A stretch of DNA of 64,000 nt from Octopus sinensis (GCF_006345805.1 NC_043006.1:61504001-61568000), one strand, 5' to 3'; positions 13,906 to 25,877 are shown, numbered from the stretch's first letter. The notes: generated from the sequence alone by a model not told the origin. A program made the numbers and translations.

Positions 13906-14564
13906 TATATGCTGCAAGCCTGCATACGTCTTCAAGCACAATAAAAAAAAATATGCGTCATACACGCATTGTTTACGTTATGAGAAACGTGTTTCACAGA
14001 CAACACTTTTGGGGAACAATGGCACACAGCTCTGCCAGAATTCATACAAACGCTTGATTTTGGTAAGCCTAAAAACATTCAATTAAGCACTAGATCGGTG
14101 GTACACATACGACTATTATATATTACTAGGAGGTGTTTTTTAATGCATAGATCTGCTAATATTACTGTAATTCTTTGTGTTTTTTTGTTTTTCTTCGCTT
14201 AGAGATCAGTCGAGCTTCTGCTGCTGATATGATACTTCGGATTCTAGCTTGATTTGCAGCGCTTCAAAAGTAAATTTGACATTAAAATATGGTCTAAAAT
14301 CCGATTTTATACGCATATATACGGTGTATATATATATAATATATATAATATATATATTATGTGAAATAGAAAGATGAATAATCTTGTAGTAGATTAATCA
14401 AAAGTTTAACCGATACTTAGTAGCAAAAATCACAGCAGTAAACAGCACGGTGGAGGTACAACCATCTGGCGTTGCACCGTGCGTTGGTGCGGATAATTGA
14501 AATTAAAACATTATGGTGAATTGAAGAAATGGAGCTGAACGCAGATTGAACAGAAATCGTTTTT

Positions 14565-14652
14565 ATTCATCTACACGTGTTTCGAAAGGCACAAATTACC
14601 AAAATCCGATTGAATAATGGGACCATATTGTGTCTTTCTTTCAGGAAGAAAA
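14565..14652 (-). ncRNA. Mirror copy of the hammerhead ribozyme (1-nt core deletion)
   Basis: Minus strand reads TTCTTC CTGAA-A GAAAGACACAA...TTGTGCCTTTC GAAAC ACGT GTA GATGAA. Stem III is the palindromic ACACGTGT, but G8 of the core is missing. Confidence 0.55.
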
Positions 14653-15628
14653 AAGGAAATCCGTTGGAAAAACAAAAACAGAACAGAGGCGGAGCAAAAA
14701 ACAAATCGAACTGTGCTCCTAAGAGCCCATGGCGAAACTGTTTATCAGTGTATGTTGAGAACCGGTGGCTGAAGAATTCAACGGGTCAGGCATCGGTCAA
14801 TCATGTGAGTGAGGGTGTATAGATGTTCTTTGTGACCGAGAATAAAGTTCTGACTATTTAAAGAATATTGGATGTTTTATAAGGGGCGAGAAAAAATCTA
14901 CTTAGAGACGTGTGTGTGTGTATACTGTTCTATATATGGTGTGTTGGCGTAGGGGTAGAAAACATTTTTTGTGTACGTGTGTGCGTTTGATCGTTCGGCT
15001 GTCAGTGGCTACTGCCATGATAACCGTTGGGTGGCAGAAAGAAAAAAATAAAAAAATTATATATATATATTATGTTTTATGGTGTGTGTGTGTGTGTTCA
15101 TCTAAGCCTGCCTTCACAAACGGGGCTTGGTTTTTTCACAGCGGGGGGTTTCCTTGTCAAGGCAGGCTTAGATGAACACCACACACACACACATAAAACA
15201 TAATATATATATATAATTTTTTTATTTTTTTCTTTCTGCCACCCAACGGTATCATGGCAGTAGCCACTGACAGCCGAACGATCAAACGCACACACGTACA
15301 CAAAAAATGTTTTCTACCCCTAACGCAAAACACACATATATAGAACAGTATACAAACACACACACGTCTCTAAGTAGATTTTTCTCGCCCCTTAAAACAT
15401 AATAAATATTCAATTTAACAGAATCAGAACGATTATTTCTCGGTCACAAAGAACATCTATACACCCTCACCCACATGATTGACCGATGCCTGACCCGTTG
15501 ATTCTTCAGCCACCGGTTCTCAACATACACTGATAAACAGTTTCGCCATGGGCTCTTAGGAGCACAGTTCGATTTGTTTTGTGTCCGCTCTGTTCTGTTT
15601 TTTTTTGTTTTTCCAACGGATTTCCTTT

Positions 15629-15718
15629 TTTCTTCCTGAAGAGAAAGACACAATATGGTCCCATTATTCAATCGGATTTTGGTAATTTGTGCCTTTCGAA
15701 ACACTGTGTAGAATGAAA
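15629..15718 (+). ncRNA. Type I hammerhead ribozyme (Penelope-type, short stem III)
   Basis: Core CTGAAGA 15636-15642. Stem II GAAAGACACAA (15643-53) pairs with TTGTGCCTTTC (15687-97) at 10 of 11 positions, with a G-C closing pair. GAAAC 15698-15702. GTA cleavage triplet 15708-15710. Stem I TTTC-TTC pairs with GAA-T-GAAA. Confidence 0.75.
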
Positions 15719-15771
15719 TAAAACGATTTCTGTTCAATCTGCGTTCAGCTCCATTTCTTCAATTCACCAAT

Positions 15772-15818
<47 letters not shown>

Positions 15819-15857
15819 GATAAATCTCAGAGCGAGTTATAAAACAGTACGGTAAAC

Positions 15858-16035
15858 ATCGTGACGCATATTTGCCATTTGAATATGGCTAACCCCTAAG
15901 GATGGATGCTACTGTAGTTTGTAGCCCCAGGAAGATACCTCCTCCTCCAGCTGGAGGAGGTATCTTCCTGGGGCTACAACTACAGTAGCATCCACCCTTA
16001 GGGGTTAGCCATATTCAAATGGCAAATATGCGTCA

Positions 16036-16039
<4 letters not shown>
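15858..16039. repeat. 182-bp spacerless palindrome centred on CCAG|CTGG
   Basis: ATCGTGACGCATATTTGCCATTTGAATATGG...GATACCTCCTCC(TCC)AG is followed directly by its reverse complement, with 1 substitution and 3 small indels. Confidence 0.95.
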
Positions 16040-16073
<34 letters not shown>

Positions 16074-17905
16074 GCACGTATAGCATACTACCAATGAACG
16101 ACTACCAAGTATTCCTTCCATGTACTGTAGGCTAAATACCACGTGCCCAACAAAACCTGGTGTCCTGCAAGTTGATATACTTAGACTCTAATGAATCCCG
16201 CAACTGCTCTATCTACCTATCTTTCTGTCTTTCAATGTATCTATGTGTCTATATATATGGATAGAGTAGACAGCTACCACAAAAACACGCATAGACACAC
16301 ACAGATGCACACATGCACATACTCAGACACAGACAGGCACACACACACACTTATACATATAGTTACATGAATAACTGCAATTAAGCATACACATTTATAG
16401 GTATCATAAATAGTTATATCTGAATAAACCACCGTATGTCAGGTATTCTAAAATAGACTATAATATGATATAATTTAGGAAATATTCTACTTCCAGTTAT
16501 CAAATTTAAGTTTTCGAATGATGCCTGTTGTCAAAGAGAGGGTAGTGACTACCTCTCCCAAAATAATCACACCCTTTTCCAGCAATTTTTGATCTAGATA
16601 TATTTCGGCGTATTACATGGAGTCCTCATCTGTCTCAAATGTAAATATCAGGTACATAGGTAGTGGGAAAATATGAATAAGTTTTAGAATAATGCTAAAG
16701 ATTCAAGTAAGTAGTCAGTGATGAAATTACTATCTATTATGCTCGATGTCAAACGTCACACAGGGAAATTCATGTACTAAGCAAAGACACCTCTCCATCA
16801 CCAGAAAAATAGTAGAAAATAAATAACTTATGTCAATAAATGATACGAAATTGGTGACAGTTATTAATGAGTGTGAACGCAGACATAATACACATAAACA
16901 TATATACATAAGTATGCATATATATGTATGTATGTTGAAGAAAGGGACGGAAAAACGGCGAAGGTTACACAAATACAAATATCAGGACAGAACAACACGT
17001 GTCTCTCGACTAAGAACGTGTAAATTAAGCTGGCGTGTGTAGAGGTAAAGCCTTGCAGCGGGAATGCAAGATTTCACAGGCACAGAGAAGAATATAGATG
17101 TTGCACGGAGAGCGGATGAACCAAGAAAGAAAGGTCAGGCTTGGCCGAACACCAGTCTCGTGGGGAGAGAAGAGACAGAGCGATAGAGGCAAAGGGCCAG
17201 AAGAAATAAGGAGAGGTGAGAAAAAATTACAGGGATACAGTGAAGTGAAAAGAAGAGAGAAAGTTAGCATGAAGAGACGGCAATGAAATGTGAGAGAAGT
17301 GTAACGAAAGGAAAGAGTGGAATGAAGGAAGTAAGCGTGAAAGAGCTGATAGAAGGGAGGAACGAATAAATGAATACAAATTCCTTTATTCTTTCATTCT
17401 TTTCTTCTTTCTATCAGCACTTTCATGCTATATATAAAATATTCACTACGACATCTCGTGTGCGTTCAGTACTTTAAACGTCTCGCCCCGTTGAAAAGAA
17501 AATATCGTAAACAAGGAAAATTTAAATAAAGTACTAATATTACCGTCATTTGAAGTAATAATAAGGTGGCTAGCACGTTAACACCTTTACAGGCACAATA
17601 TAAAGTAATTTAAAATTAGGTAGAGTATATAATACCACTTGCTAATATCACGGCCATTGCTCCGAAAACCAACATAATATTACGATGAAGATACACACAA
17701 GCAATACAATGAACATTTCAGAAATAAGCTTAACTTTGCCTTCCATATATCAGTAAGTAATTCATATTTCAATACCAATTGATTTCACGATTTGCATGAC
17801 AAACATGCTTCGCGATCTTCAGTTGAAAACAGCATTTCTTTTAAACGGAGCGGCACGTTTAAAGTAAGTAACGCACAGGAGCTAACATAATGGATATTTT
17901 AGAAA

Positions 17906-18286
17906 TCTATATATATAAAGCTGAATTTGTCTGTGTGTGGCAGGTTTGGTAGCCCCCAACTAATACTGTCTCCTCCGAGACCCTGCGGCGCAAGTTGACT
18001 AAAATTGAGAGTATGATAGAAGAAGGCTTGCTCCTCATTCTGTAGCAGATAAAATTCAAATCTGGCCATGTTAACACCAATAATTATTTACATCAAAGAG
18101 GTGCCTTTTCCTATGAAAATTCCTATTTTCTTAGCGATTTTTTGACTGCTGTGTCACCATTTTTCGATGCATTTCAGCCAGAAAAATGTTCACTTAAAGA
18201 GAATAACAAGCAAAGTTTTTACGTTTCAAAAATTCAAATTCTAAAGTGTCGAAACAAACCCGAGCAACGCCGGGCGATACTGCTAG
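17906..18286 (+). mobile_element. Non-autonomous Helitron (381 bp)
   Basis: A|TCTATATATATAAAG 5' end; CCCGAGCAACGCCGGG hairpin followed by CGATACTGCTAG|T 3' end; no TSD; inserted in an AT dinucleotide. Confidence 0.9.
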
Positions 18287-19059
18287 TAGGCGATAGATGC
18301 TGTTTTTAACTGAAGATCGGACAGCATGTTTGTGTTGCAAAGCGTGAAATCAATTGGAATTGAAACATGCATTACTTAGTGATGTATTGTAAGAAACGGT
18401 ACGCCTATTTCCGAAATGTTTATCGCATTGCTCGTGTGTATTTTTATCGTAATTTCTACGGTGTTTGGGGGAGAAATAGCTTTCATTTTAGCAAGTGGTA
18501 TTATACACGGTATTTTGTCTTCAATTATTTAATATTGTGTCTGTAAAAGAGTGAAATTGCTAACCACATTATTACTATAAATAACGCTAATAAAACTGAT
18601 TCATTTACATATATACATATTTGCATGCGTATATATTAGGGGATATAAATACACGTATAAATATTTCATATATATGTGTGTATATCAGTGAATTCGGATT
18701 ATGGCACATATAATAGAAATGCAACTGCCTCACCTCCCAACACCATCACATTACACGACTACATCATACCGCGCAATACATCACATCACCATACACAACC
18801 AGGCACCGCCAGCACTGACCACTTCCCAGACCCACATCTTCACATCTACACATACACACACGCACATCAAGATCTCTATCCCTCTTCCGCACACACATAC
18901 AATCTCTTCTATACACACGAACGCTCACTTCGTTTTGAGTTTACCACTATATTATCACCCCTTCTCCCTAGCTCTTCTGTGTGATACTTCTGAATGACAT
19001 TCGCAATGATACATCGCTAGCCACAACGCATTCTTTACTTTCTCTTGTTTCTTTCAGGG

Positions 19060-19209
19060 TTCCTTTCTGTGTATATATACACATATACATATATACATAT
19101 ACATATAATATATACATATATACATATATATAAAAATATATATATATACATAAATATACATATATACATATATATATATATATACATGTATACATATATA
19201 TACATATGC

Positions 19210-19248
<39 letters not shown>

Positions 19249-19426
19249 TATACATATATACATATATATATATACATATATATACATATATATATACATA
19301 TATAATATACATATACATACATATATATATACATATATATATATGCTATGTATATATATACATATACATATGTATATGTATATATATATACATATATACA
19401 TATATACAATATATATATACATATAC
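19060..19426. repeat. (TA)n/(TACA)n microsatellite
   Basis: Direct reading. Confidence 0.95.
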
Positions 19427-22400
19427 AGCGTGAGAGAACATGTCTACTGAGTGACTGTCCCTTCACTCATCTTCCAGGACCCAACGCACAAACAGAAACG
19501 GGGCCTCAAGCCAACACACAAACCTGAATAACAATAAAAATAGAAACACACCACGCTGCAGTAATGCTGGTCCAGTCTTTCAGGAAGACACAAAAACAAA
19601 ACAACAAAAGTGGAAACTACAACCCTATCCAACAGTGCAACCACCACCTCCAGCCAAAAACTGCTCCCTAAGCAGAAAAATTCTTTTTTAGCCATGTTGA
19701 ACATGGCAAAAGAGATACACAAAAAACTTCTAGCCATCACTCAACACCATCCTATGCTATTACCCCAGTGCACCAATTCCCCACATTGCTGCCACTAACA
19801 CACACAAAAAATCCAAGCCCCCTGCAACAGTCAAAACCAGCCACTACCCTAACCTCCACATTCCTACTCAATGCACAAGGTGTCAGTCCTTCCATCAATG
19901 CACAAAAATGGAAGGTCCAATTCATTGAAGACTGGGTTGGTAACCATTCACACCACATCCCTTTCTTCATTCTCACTGAGACCCACCTTGACAACTCCCA
20001 CTTGGAAGCCGAAGTGAGAGTGAAGAATTTCACAACCATCCGCGCGGATCGTATCGGCAGGAGGAAGGGTGGAACTGCCATTTTCCTGCATGATTCATTA
20101 CGGCAGATGGAAATAGTATATTCTCCAACGGCTACTGTGAATCAGTCACCGTGCACAACAAAGCCAATGACCTGACAGTAATTGGGCTCTATAGGCCGCT
20201 CTAAACACCCATACTGTGCTTTAAAGAATGCCTCAACAGCATTAAGTGCTTTATTCAACAGTGCCATTCTAGCAACATACTCATGATGGGAGACTTCAAT
20301 CTACCCTGTGTTGACTGGACCACAAACTGTTTGAAACCAAGCACTCCCGCCTCAACCGCTGACAAAGAAGCAGCAGAGTCACTTTTCGACTTTACGAATG
20401 AGTTTTTCTTGTCCCAACTTGTCCTTGCACCAACAAGACATCAGAACATTTTGGACCTAGTGTTTAGTAACCACACTAACGCTATACATAACGTTACAGT
20501 GGAAAAAACCCTTCTTTTAGACCATGACATGGTTCTCTGTAACATGAAATTCCACCAGCCGAAAGCTAATCCTAGTGACCTTCCTCCAGCCCACCCATTT
20601 GACAACATGGATCTCCATAAAGCCAACTGGGATGCAATCAGGAACGAGCTATCAAATGTTGACTGGTCCTTTACACATACACACATCTCCACCAACCATA
20701 AAACTTCTTGGCAGATCTTTGTAGACACCGTCACAGACATATGTGCAAAACACTCCCCACCAAGACCTGTGAAAAAAAGTGCAGAATCCCCCAAAACAGA
20801 AAAAACATTATCAGAAAAATAAAAAAACAAACAAAAAAAAATTAACAAACTAAAGTACTGCCAACAGCAACACACACATTCGACGGCTATCGCACTGCTT
20901 GAATCCAAAAAATATAACCTCCAACAATGCATGAAGACCCTCATCAATAACCAAAGATCAGCTGAGGAGAAGTGGGCCATTGAAAAAATCAAACTCAACC
21001 CCAAAGTGTTCTTTTCATTTGCGAGGAAACGCAGGGTCACTGTCTCCACTGTAGGCCCTCTAATTGACGAAACTGGCACTCTCCAAGATAATGCCAAATC
21101 CATGGCCGAGATACTGCAGAAACAATACTGCTCTGTTTTCAGCAATCCTGATATGGCCGATCTGGGCTGTATCAGTGATGTCAACCCCCAACACACTATA
21201 TCGGACATAACGTTTAGTGCCCCTGATGTCTTAGCGGCGATAAACGAAATAAAACACAATTCAGCAGTAGGCCCCGATAGGTTCCCTGCTTGTGTCCTGA
21301 AGGTGTGTCGACACCAACTTGCATCTCCCCTTGCTAATCTGTGGAGAAACTCACTGGATGCTGGCTATATTCCAAAAAACCTTCTGTCCCAGTCTGTTGT
21401 CCCAGTTTTCAAAAAGGGAAGCAAGTCCCTTGCAGTGACTACCGTCCGATCTCACTCACCTCTCATATCATCAAGTTATTTGAGGGTGGTGAGATCTCGA
21501 ATAACCCAATTTCTGGAAAGCAACAGACGGCTGATCTCCAACCAACATGGGTTCCGTAATGGAAGGGACTGCCTAACGCAGCTCCTGCATCACTTTGAGG
21601 ACATTTTGAGAGCTTTGGGAGAGGGCTCCAACACCGATGTCATCTACCTTGATTTCAGTAAGGCCTTCGACAGGGTCGATCACAAGATCCTATTGAAAAA
21701 ACTATCCAACATTGGTGTCTCTGGAAAGTTACTGAAATGGATTAAGTGTTTCCTGACAGACAGATCTCAACATGTTGTAGTTGAAGGGGTAAAATCAAGC
21801 CCAGCCAAAGTCAGTAGTGGCGTTCCGCAAGGCACTGTGCTGGGCCCACTTCTTTTCATCATTTACATTAATGACATTAATGACATCATCAAGCACAGCA
21901 ACATAAAAATCTTTGCAGATGACTCCAAGCTACAGAAGGTCATAAATGAGGCGAGTGACCGGACATGCCTTCAGTCAGATCTACTGGCTGTTATCCAATG
22001 GGCAGCAAAAAAAAAAACAAAACATGCTGCTGAACGAGGATAAATTTGAGCTAATCCACTTTGGAAAAGAGGATGCCCTGAAACTCCCATACTCCCTTCC
22101 TTCAGGTGAAACTCTCGCGGCGTCCAACAACATCAGAGACTTGGGAGTAATTGTGGACAACAACGTAAGCTGGGCCACTCATATAAACACCAAAGTTGAC
22201 GTGGCCCGCAGAATGTGTTCCTGGATTCTCAGAACTTTCCAGTCGAGAGATATCCACACCATTATCCTTCTCTTCTCCACTTTTGCCCGACCCACCTTGA
22301 ATACTGTTGTCCACTGTGGTCTCCCCACACAATACAAGGTATCATAAAGTTGAAGCACCTCAAAGGGCAATCACAAAAAAAGATAGATTGCATGACAGGC

Positions 22401-22900
22401 CTCGACTATTGGGGTCGGCTAGAAAAGCTAAAACTCTATTCTCTCCAACGTCGTCGTGAGCGCTACATCATCTGCATGATGTGGAAAATATTCCATCAGC
22501 ATTGCCCAATGATGTTGGCATCACCTTTAAGGTACATCCAAGGCTTGGGCCCCGTGCCATCCGCCCAAAAAAAAAATCGCACTCTCATCTCATAACAACA
22601 ATACGGCACAATTATTTCACCTCAATTGGCCCCGCTCTCTTTAACAATTACACCAAAACACATTAAAACAGAAACTGACCTATAGGGTTCAAGAAGTCTT
22701 TGGACAGATTCCTTCAAGAAATCCCGGATAAACCCCTACACCCGGATATGTCTCTGTAAACAATAACTCTCTACTTGAGTGGGCCATAGTGCCCAAATTC
22801 TGACTTGAAAGACTTCACCAGGTGGTGCTATTAAGTTAGACATGGCCTGGGCCAATAATGGCCGAAACCTTTCAAAGTATTTCAAAGTATTTCAAAGTAT
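19427..22900 (+). mobile_element. CR1/L2-group LINE, near full-length ORF2 (APE endonuclease + RT), frameshifted
   Basis: APE motifs FLLNAQG, ILTETHL, RADRIGRRKGGTAIF, MGDFNLP, PTRHQNILDLVF. RT motifs YRPISLTS, QHGFRNGRDCLTQL, YLDFSKAFDRVDH, GVPQGTVLGPLLF, IFADDSKL. C-terminus LEYCCPLWSP, SLQRRRER. Tail (TTCAAAGTAT)x3 at 22871-22900. Putative ORF1 end at 19427-19850. Confidence 0.95.
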
Positions 22901-22918
22901 GTATGTATATATAATATA

Positions 22919-22960
<42 letters not shown>

Positions 22961-23017
22961 ATGTATACTATATGTATATACATATATATATGTATATATA
23001 TATATATGTATATATAC

Positions 23018-23055
<38 letters not shown>

Positions 23056-23107
23056 TATATTATATATACATATATATATATATATATACATATATATATG
23101 TACATAC

Positions 23108-23138
<31 letters not shown>

Positions 23139-23459
23139 CATATATATATAAACATACATATATATATATATATATATACATATATATATACATACATATA
23201 TATATATACATACATATATATACATATATATATATACATATACATATATATATATACATATATATACATACATATATATATATACATATATATATGTACA
23301 TACATATATATATATAAATACATACATATATATATATATATATACATATATATACATACATATATATATATACATATATATATGTACATACATATATATA
23401 TATAAATAATACATATATATATATATATATACATATATGTATATATATATATATATAAC

Positions 23460-23490
<31 letters not shown>

Positions 23491-23650
23491 CATATATACA
23501 TACATATATATATACATACATATATATATACATACATATATATATATACATACATATATATTTACATACATACATATATATATATACAAACATATACATA
23601 TACATACATAATATTACATACATATATTACATATATATATATATACATAC

Positions 23651-23681
<31 letters not shown>

Positions 23682-23723
23682 CATACATATATAATACATA
23701 CATATATATACATATATATATAT

Positions 23724-23759
<36 letters not shown>

Positions 23760-23785
23760 TAAATCATACATACATACATACATAT

Positions 23786-23817
<32 letters not shown>

Positions 23818-23830
23818 ATATATATATACA
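22901..23830. repeat. ~930 bp (TA)n/(TACA)n microsatellite
   Basis: Direct reading; source of the YIYI ORFs. Confidence 0.95.
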
Positions 23831-24223
23831 CTAGCAGTATCGCCCGGCGTTGCTCGGGTTTGTAAGGGAAATAACTATATAAGCATTCTTAGTGAGTTAT
23901 AGCAAAAAATAGCAAAAAATGCATTAAGAATGGAAAAAATTGATGGTAATTTTTTTTTTAATCGTTGACTCATCGTAGACATTTTTAGAGAGTTACTTCC
24001 CTCATATAATAAGCGAAAAATGCATTAAAATGAAATAAAAAATAATGGTAAATTTTTTTAAATCGTAGACTCATCGTAGACGCGCGCTAATACCCAGAAG
24101 GGCTCGATATGAATCACGACTCTAAGATACCCGGTTTCGGTTAAACTGCACCGTAAAATGTGGGAGTAGTAGGAATCTAAATCGTAGGAAACAGACACAC
24201 AACTTCACTTTTATATATAAAGA
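23831..24223 (-). mobile_element. Non-autonomous Helitron, copy 1
   Basis: Minus strand starts A|TCTTTATATATAAAAG and ends CCCGAGCAACGCCGGGCGATACTGCTAG|T. Confidence 0.9.
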
Positions 24224-24269
24224 TTTGTGCAACAACTAAAACATTCGGTTGTGCAAATTGTTTGTAATT

Positions 24270-24713
24270 ACCGTTTTTGTGGATCTGCTTCAGCTTTTTT
24301 AGCGATTTCAGTTTTGGCGACTTTAAGCCATGAAGACTTTGTTCTAAAAGGACGCTGGTCTCCTTGACAACGCATTACGACGTTGATTTCTTTGCACTCC
24401 CTTCCCCACGGCTTCACGAGGGAGGGAAGAAGGGGGAAAAGCAACACAGGTGCAGATGTGAGCATGGACGTCAACTCCGCCGCCATAGACACACGAAATA
24501 TTATGCATTAAAATGGAATAAAAAATGATGTTAAATTATTTTTAAAATCGTAGTCTCATCGCAGACGTGCGCTAGTAGCCAGACGGGCTCGATATGAATC
24601 ACGACTATAAGATACCCAAATATGATTAAACTGCATCGCAAAATGTGGGAGTAGTTAGGAATCTAGATCGAAGGGGACAGACACTCACACAACTACAGTT
24701 TTATATATATAGA
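24270..24713 (-). mobile_element. Non-autonomous Helitron, copy 2 (3' terminus not found)
   Basis: 5' TCTATATATATAAAACTGTAG at 24713. Body closely similar to 24790-25226. No hairpin-CTAG end located. Confidence 0.8.
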
Positions 24714-25226
24714 CTAGCAGTATCGCCCGGCGTTGCTCGGGTTTGTAAGGGAAATAACTATATAAGCATTTTTAGAGAGTTACTTCCTTTATAGATCCCA
24801 ATTCGGGCTTTCTTAGCCATTTCTGTTTTGGTGTCTGCAAGCCATGAAGTCGTTGTTCTAAAAGAACGCTGGTCTCCTTGATAACGCATTACGACGTTGA
24901 TTTCCTTACACTCCCTTCCCCACAGCTTCACGAGGGAGGGAAGAAGGGGGAGAAGCAAACAGGTGCAGGTGTGACCATGGACGCCAACTCCGCCGCCATC
25001 GACACACGAAAAATTATGCATTAAAATGGAATAAAAAATGATGTTAAATTATTTTTAAAATCGTAGACTCATCGTAGACGCGCGCTAATACTCAGACGGG
25101 CTCGATATGAATCACGACTATAAGATACCCGAATTCGGTTAAACTGCACCGCAAAATGTGGGAGGAGTTAGGAATCTAAATCGTAGGAGACAGACACTCA
25201 CACAACTACAGTTTTATATATATAGA
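24714..25226 (-). mobile_element. Non-autonomous Helitron, copy 3 (complete, 513 bp)
   Basis: A|TCTATATATATAAAACTGTAG 5' end at 25226. The hairpin+CTAG 3' end at 24714 is fused directly to the TC start of copy 2. Confidence 0.9.
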
Positions 25227-25877
25227 TATGTGTGTAAAAAGGGAGTTTGAAAACGCCACTGTATTAGATAAATTTCGGTTCTTGAACCTTATCAACGAAC
25301 CTTATCAAAAATATTATTGAAAGAAAAGTGCAATAGAAAATTTCATAATTGTTTCTCACTGGTTCAATAGAATCCATGTGGTGGTGTTTTGTCGGTAGTT
25401 GGTATAATCGCCATATTATCGTTGAGTGTATTAAAGAAGTTCATTATTGTTTCTTGCTGGTATCAAAAGGAACCGTGTGCTTGTTTTTTTTGCTTCCTTG
25501 TGTTCCAATGGAATGGTAGCAGCAGTAGTGATTGTTGGTCGTAGTAGTAGTAACCGTGGTGGTGGTTGGTGTTGCAGCAGCTTATTGGTTGTGGCAGCTA
25601 AGTTGTGGCTGTCCTAGCAGCACCAGTATGTCTAGTGGCTTAAATGGCAGTAGTAGCAGTTACTGTTGGTCGTAGTTTTGGTAACCGTGGTGGTTGTTGG
25701 GGTTGTAGCAGTTAAGCTGTGGCCGTAGCAGCAGCAGTAGTAGAGGTCTGTTGATCGTAGCAGCAATAGTAGTGACCACGGTGGTTGTAGTAGTAGTGAT
25801 AGTGGAAGCAGTCGTAGTGATCGTGGTGGTTGTGGTAGAATTTCATTTTTCCTTTCCGGAAGACCAATGCTTTGTTT

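Larger units (their letters stand above)
14504..15780. repeat. ~1.28 kb inverted repeat (two ~615 bp arms, ~34 nt spacer at 15120-15153)
   Basis: The reverse complement of 15780->15154 aligns along 14504->15119 (TAAAACATTAT.GGTGAATTGAAGAAATGGAGC ... TCTAAGCCTGCCTT). Differences are mostly 1-3 nt indels. Confidence 0.95.

Noticed and set aside
20441-21259. 272-aa minus-strand ORF
   Set aside because: Antisense shadow of the LINE ORF2.
22842-23831. Long YIYI/IYIY ORFs (also at 19.0, 28.1, 44.5 and 46 kb) and poly-I/poly-L ORFs at 33 kb
   Set aside because: Translations of (TA)n and (ATT)n microsatellites.
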